DNA of 64,000 bases from Candidatus Latescibacterota bacterium (lineage in GTDB: Bacteria; Krumholzibacteriota; Krumholzibacteriia; WVZY01; JAKEHA01), in the NCBI GenBank assembly GCA_963707635.1, contig OY970173.1, positions 1,600,001 through 1,664,000 on the forward strand, given 5' to 3'. This document shows positions 58,922 to 64,000 of this stretch, one piece after another. Position 1 is the stretch's first letter. Each line of letters opens with the position of its first letter. The notes under the pieces were generated by a model, which did no database searches, was not told where the DNA came from, and saw nothing but the letters and a program-made list of their open reading frames with translations. A program made the position numbers and the translations under genes.

Positions 58922-60754
58922 ATGTGCGGGATTATCGGTTACATCGGTGACAACCCGGCGATGCCCATCCTGATCGAGGGCTTGAAGCGCCTCGAGTACC
59001 GCGGATACGACTCGGCCGGCGTCGCCCTCATGGAGAACGGATCGCTCACGGTCGAGAAGACCAAGGGCAAGATCTCGCAGCTCGAGCGCCTGGTCAACGG
59101 CAAGGCGTGGAAGGGGACCGTCGGCATGGCGCACACGCGCTGGGCCACCCACGGCGAACCCAACACGGAGAACGCACACCCCCACACCGACTGCACCGGC
59201 GAGATCGCCGTCATTCATAACGGCATCATCGAGAACTATTCCGCGATCAAGCAGCGGCTGGTGAAAGAAGGCCACGCCTTCACCACCCAGACCGACACCG
59301 AAGTCATCGCGCACCTGGTGGAGAAGTTCTACACCGCCGGCGTCACCCTCGAGGAAGCCGTGCGCAAGACCGTGGCCCAGCTCGAGGGCACCTACGGCCT
59401 CGTCATCATGAGCAAACGCGAGCCCGACAAGATCATCGGTGTCCGCAACGGCTCGCCCCTGATCGTCGGCGTCTCCAACGGCGAGAACTTTCTCGCGTCC
59501 GACGTCTCCGCGATCCTCAAGCACACGCAGAAGGTCATCTACCTCGACGACCACGAGATGGTCACGGTGTGGCGCGATCGCTTCCACACCAAGACGGTCG
59601 ACAACATCACCACCAACAAGGAAATCCACTCGGTGGACTGGGACCTCGAGATGATCGAGAAAGGCGGCTTCGATCATTTCATGCTCAAGGAGATCAACGA
59701 GCAGCCCGAGACCATCACCAACGCGATGCGCGGGCGCCTGGTCTACGACGAAGGCATCGCCAAGCTGGGCGGCCTCAACGTGACCGACCAGGAGCTGCGC
59801 GAGATCCGCCGCATCATGATCCTGGGCTGCGGGACCTCGTGGCACGCCGGCCTGATCGGCGAGTACATCATCGAGGAGCACGCGCGCATCCCGGTGGAGG
59901 TCGAATACGCCTCCGAGTTCCGTTACCGCAACCCCATCATCGACCCGGGGACGCTGACGCTGGCGATCAGCCAGAGCGGCGAGACCATCGACACGCTCGA
60001 GGCGATGCGCGAGGCCAAGCGCCGCGGCTCGCGCGTGCTCGGCATCTCCAACGTGGTGGGATCGACCATCGCGCGCGAGAGCGACGGCGGGGTGTACATC
60101 CACGCGGGGCCGGAGATCGGCGTGGCCTCGACCAAGGCGTTCACGTCGCAGATCACGGTGCTATCATTGTTGGCATTGCTGCTCGGACGGCTGCGCGTCA
60201 TGTCGAAGCGCGAGGGGCAGGAACAGATTCAGCACCTGCAGAAGCTCCCGAGCCAGGTCCAGACGATCCTCGACCAGGACGCGCAGATCCTCGAGATCGC
60301 GCGCGGCTACTGCAACGACACCAACTTCCTCTATCTCGGGCGCGGCGCCAACTTCCCGGTCGCGCTCGAGGGAGCGCTCAAGCTGAAGGAGATTTCCTAT
60401 ATCCACGCGGAGGGCTACCCGGCCGCGGAGATGAAGCACGGGCCGATCGCGCTGATCGACAAGAACATGCCCGTGGTGGTGATCTGCCCGAAGGACAACG
60501 CCTACCACAAGATCCTCGGCAACATCGCCGAGGTGAAGGCGCGCAAAGGCCGTATCATCGTGATCTGCAACGAAGGCGACGACGAAGTCGCCGAGATGGC
60601 GGATCACGTGATCATGATTCCGCAGACCCTCGACTTCCTGTACCCGATCCTGACGGTGCTTCCGCTGCAGCTGCTCGCCTACCACATCGCCGTTCTGCGC
60701 GGGTGCGACGTCGACCAGCCGCGGAATCTCGCCAAGAGTGTGACCGTGGAATAG
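58922..60754 (+). CDS. glmS: Glutamine-fructose-6-phosphate transaminase
   Basis: MCGIIG, RGYDSAG, HTRWATHG, SQSGET, VASTKAFT, EMKHGP, PRNLAKSVTVE. Confidence 0.98.
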   Translation: MCGIIGYIGDNPAMPILIEGLKRLEYRGYDSAGVALMENGSLTVEKTKGKISQLERLVNGKAWKGTVGMAHTRWATHGEPNTENAHPHTDCTGEIAVIHNGIIENYSAIKQRLVKEGHAFTTQTDTEVIAHLVEKFYTAGVTLEEAVRKTVAQLEGTYGLVIMSKREPDKIIGVRNGSPLIVGVSNGENFLASDVSAILKHTQKVIYLDDHEMVTVWRDRFHTKTVDNITTNKEIHSVDWDLEMIEKGGFDHFMLKEINEQPETITNAMRGRLVYDEGIAKLGGLNVTDQELREIRRIMILGCGTSWHAGLIGEYIIEEHARIPVEVEYASEFRYRNPIIDPGTLTLAISQSGETIDTLEAMREAKRRGSRVLGISNVVGSTIARESDGGVYIHAGPEIGVASTKAFTSQITVLSLLALLLGRLRVMSKREGQEQIQHLQKLPSQVQTILDQDAQILEIARGYCNDTNFLYLGRGANFPVALEGALKLKEISYIHAEGYPAAEMKHGPIALIDKNMPVVVICPKDNAYHKILGNIAEVKARKGRIIVICNEGDDEVAEMADHVIMIPQTLDFLYPILTVLPLQLLAYHIAVLRGCDVDQPRNLAKSVTVE

Positions 60755-60779
60755 TGAATAGTAAGGAGAACGCGAGCGT

Positions 60780-61175
60780 ATGAAGTCCCCCCTGCATTCC
60801 GACCACGCCCCCAAGCCGATCGGCCCCTATACGCAGGCGATTCGCGCCGGCGACTTTGTGTTTCTCTCCGGTCAGATCGGGATCGACCCGGCGGTCGGGA
60901 AGATAACGGCGAACGGTGCCGCCGACCAGGCGACGCAGGCCCTGAAGAACATCCGCGCCATTCTCACCGCGGCGGGGCTGAACGCCTCCCACGTGGTGAA
61001 GACCACCATCTTTCTCGCCAACATGGACGACTTCGCGAAGGTCAACGACGCCTACGGCGAATTCTTCGACGACGACCCGCCAGCGCGCTCGACGGTCGCG
61101 GTGTCGAAGCTGCCGATGAACGCGCTGGTCGAGATCGAAGCGATCGCGATGCGCCGTCCCGGCCCGACGGGGTAG
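60780..61175 (+). CDS. ridA: RidA/YjgF/UK114 enamine deaminase
   Basis: APKPIGPYTQA, SGQIG, VVKTTIFL, PARSTV, LVEIEAIA. Confidence 0.9.
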   Translation: MKSPLHSDHAPKPIGPYTQAIRAGDFVFLSGQIGIDPAVGKITANGAADQATQALKNIRAILTAAGLNASHVVKTTIFLANMDDFAKVNDAYGEFFDDDPPARSTVAVSKLPMNALVEIEAIAMRRPGPTG

Positions 61176-61207
61176 TTCTCCAAGGCCCTCGGCATTGCCG
61201 GTGACTC

Positions 61208-62332
61208 CTACTTCAAGAGCACCATCTTGTTCGACAGCGTCTGCTTCCCGACTGTGAGCGCATAGAAGTACGGCCCCGACGACACGGGCCGTCCGGCGTC
61301 GTCCAGTCCCGACCAGTCGATCTCGTGCGGTCCCTCGGCCAGGCTGCCATCGAACAGAGTCGCCACGCGCGAACCGCGCACGTCGTAGACCACCAACTCC
61401 ACCTGCGCCGCGGCGGCGAGCGTGAACGGGATGGTCGTGGTCGGGTTGAACGGGTTGGGGACGTTCTGCTCGAGGCACGTGGCCAGGTCAGGTGTGGTCA
61501 CCGAAACCGGCGCTGATCGCACCACGTCGCCGTTTTGCTTCACGGCGCCAAGCACGTACGTGTAGGTGGCCGCGCCGTGCACGGTCGCATCGACGAACCT
61601 CGTCTCGCCCGCCGGCAGCAGATCCGGGGACAGGAGCGCTTCCGGCGATTCCGTGTCGCTCCGGTACACGCGGTAACCGCGCACCACTTCATCGGCGTCG
61701 ACGCGCCACGACAGCATCACGTCCTCCCCGTCGAGCTGCGCGTCAAACCACGAAATCAAGACCGCCACGCTGATGATATCGACCGCCCGCTCGGACGAGT
61801 ACGCGCTCAGCATGCCCGCGTAGTTTTTCGTGCGAACCGCGAAGTAGTACCTCCCGGCCGCGAGCGCGCACACCTCCCGCGTCGATACCGCGCCGGCGTC
61901 GATCGACTGGTCGTACCTGGAGGCCTGTCCGGTAGCGACCGACTCGCGTCCAAAGGACACCACGTAGCCCACCGCCGTCGGGTCGCCGCTCGGAAGCCAC
62001 GTCGCGCGCGCGCACCCGGGGCCGGGGCTGGCGAGCGTCGTGAAAACAGGCGGCGGTGGGGGCTGGAGGTCGGTGTTGGGCACGAACGCGACGAGGTCAC
62101 CAGCCGTCGCGTCCAGGTCGACCGCGACGGCACCCATCGGCGACGCGGCGACCGTTGTCACCGTGGTCGAGTTCCCCTGGACCTCGTACGCCGTGTTGGC
62201 GGTCGCGTTGAAGGCAAGAATGCGGACCGTTTTCGCCACGGCCGGTTCGGCGAGTCCGCCGAGCAGGAAAACGGTGAGGACGGCGAAGGGCAAGGCTCGC
62301 CCCCGCCGTCCAGGACGGACGGCTCGGTGCAT
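61208..62332 (-). CDS. Secreted FN3-domain protein with FlgD-Ig CTD
   Basis: ATG 62332 after AAGGAG; GYVV...YYFAVR..SAYSSE; VAVLISWF adaptor; NPFNP...KMVLLK. Confidence 0.82.
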   Translation of the reverse strand: MHRAVRPGRRGRALPFAVLTVFLLGGLAEPAVAKTVRILAFNATANTAYEVQGNSTTVTTVAASPMGAVAVDLDATAGDLVAFVPNTDLQPPPPPVFTTLASPGPGCARATWLPSGDPTAVGYVVSFGRESVATGQASRYDQSIDAGAVSTREVCALAAGRYYFAVRTKNYAGMLSAYSSERAVDIISVAVLISWFDAQLDGEDVMLSWRVDADEVVRGYRVYRSDTESPEALLSPDLLPAGETRFVDATVHGAATYTYVLGAVKQNGDVVRSAPVSVTTPDLATCLEQNVPNPFNPTTTIPFTLAAAAQVELVVYDVRGSRVATLFDGSLAEGPHEIDWSGLDDAGRPVSSGPYFYALTVGKQTLSNKMVLLK

Positions 62333-62673
62333 GGAATCTCTCCTTCCACGCGGCGCGCAAAGTGGGGGCGCGCGTGCGGCCACGCACGGGGCTGGTCAAC
62401 GATTGGCTTGCGAAACTATCCGGGGCGTCTGGTGCCGCACGCGTGCGGCACGACACAGGGGGGAGCATGGTCGCGCGAGCGGGGACGGTCGTGATGCTGC
62501 GCGACGTCAGTCGGGGGTCGGCGCCGTCACCTCCCTGGCGGCGCCGTCGCGTACCGACGATGCCAAAAGAAGCAGTGACGGCGGAGATCAGGCAATGAGG
62601 GATTGTCGGGCGGGCATTGGGTACTGACAGCAGTGGCAGTGTGAGGAGCCTCACACTGGTGGACTATCGAAGA

Positions 62674-64000
62674 CTATCGAACCAGAACGATTCGCCGATG
62701 TGCGAGGTCTCGTCCGTCGACGACGAGGCGGGCGAAGTAGACGCCGCTTGCGAGTTCGCGGCCATGGTCGTCCGCTCCGTTCCACGCGACCGAACCGCTC
62801 TCCTGGCCGCCTGGGAGCCCGAGCGAACGCACGCGGCGCCCGCGCACGTCGTAGACTTCCACGCGCGCTCCGCGGGGGACTGAACCGGCGAAATGGAACG
62901 TCGTGGTGTTGCGGAACGGATTCGGCTCCGCGAGGAGGGTCGTGGCATGCGGCGTGCGATCCGCCACGCCGGTGGTCAGGTCGACCATGCGGTAGATGTA
63001 TCCCCACAATCCGATGAAGTACAGCTCATCGTCCTTGTCGACGCCGAAACTGGTAATTAACTGGCTCGGCGAATCGTCGTAGTAAATTGTATCGTTGGTC
63101 GCGGTGAACCCGTCGTACGAGAGCGCACAGATAGTCCCGGCGGGGTAATCCGCATATACGTACTTGCCCCACAGGCTCGGCAGTGTGTGGCCGCGGTACA
63201 CGTACCCGCCAATAATGGAGTTCCCGTTCTCGTAGAGGTGCGGATAGGTCCAAATGGGCAAGACGTTGTTGGTGCCTGTGGTGTCGCACGCGCCCGCGTT
63301 GGGGTAGCAGACAAACCCCTCCATCTTCATCCAGCCGTAATTGCGCCCTTTGGTGACGATGTCGACTTCCTCCCACATCCCTTCGCCGACGTCGCCCAGC
63401 CAGATCTTATTCGTGTGCCGGTCGAAACTGAAGCGCCACGGGTTGCGAAATCCGTAGGCGTAGATCTCCTCACGCCAGCCATTCGGGTTGCCGGCGAACG
63501 GATTGTCGGGCGGAATGACATACGTCCCCGGTGACGGGACGTGGACATCGATGCGAAGCAGCTTGCCCGCGAGCACCGCCAGATTCTGGCTGGGCCAGCC
63601 GTCACAGTTGTCACCGGCTGCAATGTACAGATATCCGTCGGGTCCAAACGCCAGGCACCCCGCCTTGTGACACACCCATATGTCGCTCTGTGGAATCTCG
63701 AACAGGATCTCCTCGCTCCCCAGGTCGGCCAAATCAGGGTTGCCGCTCACATGGAAGCGCGACAAACGCGAGACGAGCGTGTCGGTGTCGGCGTTGTAAT
63801 AGACGTAGAAGGTGCCGTTGTTCTCGTAGTCCGGATCGAACGCAAGTCCCAGGAACCCGGCTTCCCACTCCATGTGGGTAACGGACGAGAGGTCGAGGAA
63901 CAACGTCTTCGATGTGACCGACGGGTCGTTCTCGATGACCCAGACTCTCCCGGTCTGCTCTGTAACGAACAGGCGATCCGTGCCATCCATCGGGTCCTGG
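62674..64000 (-). CDS. PQQ-dependent glucose/sorbosone dehydrogenase family protein with FlgD-Ig CTD (5' end beyond the window)
   Basis: LFVTEQTGR, GFLGLAFDPDY, AFGPDGYLYI, GKLLRID, IPPDNPF, YGFRNPWRFSFD, NYGW; EPNPF...SGVYF. Confidence 0.88.
   Translation of the reverse strand, partial: QDPMDGTDRLFVTEQTGRVWVIENDPSVTSKTLFLDLSSVTHMEWEAGFLGLAFDPDYENNGTFYVYYNADTDTLVSRLSRFHVSGNPDLADLGSEEILFEIPQSDIWVCHKAGCLAFGPDGYLYIAAGDNCDGWPSQNLAVLAGKLLRIDVHVPSPGTYVIPPDNPFAGNPNGWREEIYAYGFRNPWRFSFDRHTNKIWLGDVGEGMWEEVDIVTKGRNYGWMKMEGFVCYPNAGACDTTGTNNVLPIWTYPHLYENGNSIIGGYVYRGHTLPSLWGKYVYADYPAGTICALSYDGFTATNDTIYYDDSPSQLITSFGVDKDDELYFIGLWGYIYRMVDLTTGVADRTPHATTLLAEPNPFRNTTTFHFAGSVPRGARVEVYDVRGRRVRSLGLPGGQESGSVAWNGADDHGRELASGVYFARLVVDGRDLAHRRIVLVR

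Overview
GC-rich bacterial DNA. The secreted-protein signature suggests an FCB-group lineage such as Krumholzibacteriota, Latescibacterota or Eisenbacteria (inference only). Housekeeping and signalling genes flank the window: mnmA, pilT, tRNA-Ser/Ser/Arg, a cupredoxin-histidine kinase-porin operon behind a sigma54-type site and an HD-GYP protein on the left; glmM, glmS and ridA on the right. From tRNA-Thr (12062) onward lies about 45 kb of accessory DNA dominated by signal-peptide proteins. Fifteen genes in the window end in a FlgD-Ig/T9SS-like C-terminal domain (NPFNP...SGVYF...RKMVLLK). Four unrelated proteins end instead in a short P-x-x-[TA]-[DE]-x-x-T-W-[GS]-x-I-K-A-[LM]-Y-R tail, a candidate sorting signal I cannot match to a named system. 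The region shows cassette-like turnover although no integrase or transposase is visible: two extra copies of the tRNA-Thr 3' end, a 2.2-kb promoter-plus-gene unit present twice (one copy splits an AspT/YidE antiporter), an identical 776-bp block in tandem paralogs, and orphan gene fragments. Also notable are an MprF-AcvB (aminoacyl-PG synthase plus hydrolase) fusion and a cohesin/dockerin gene pair. Five frameshifts in four genes may be sequencing errors. All family calls come from reading motifs by eye; no searches were run.
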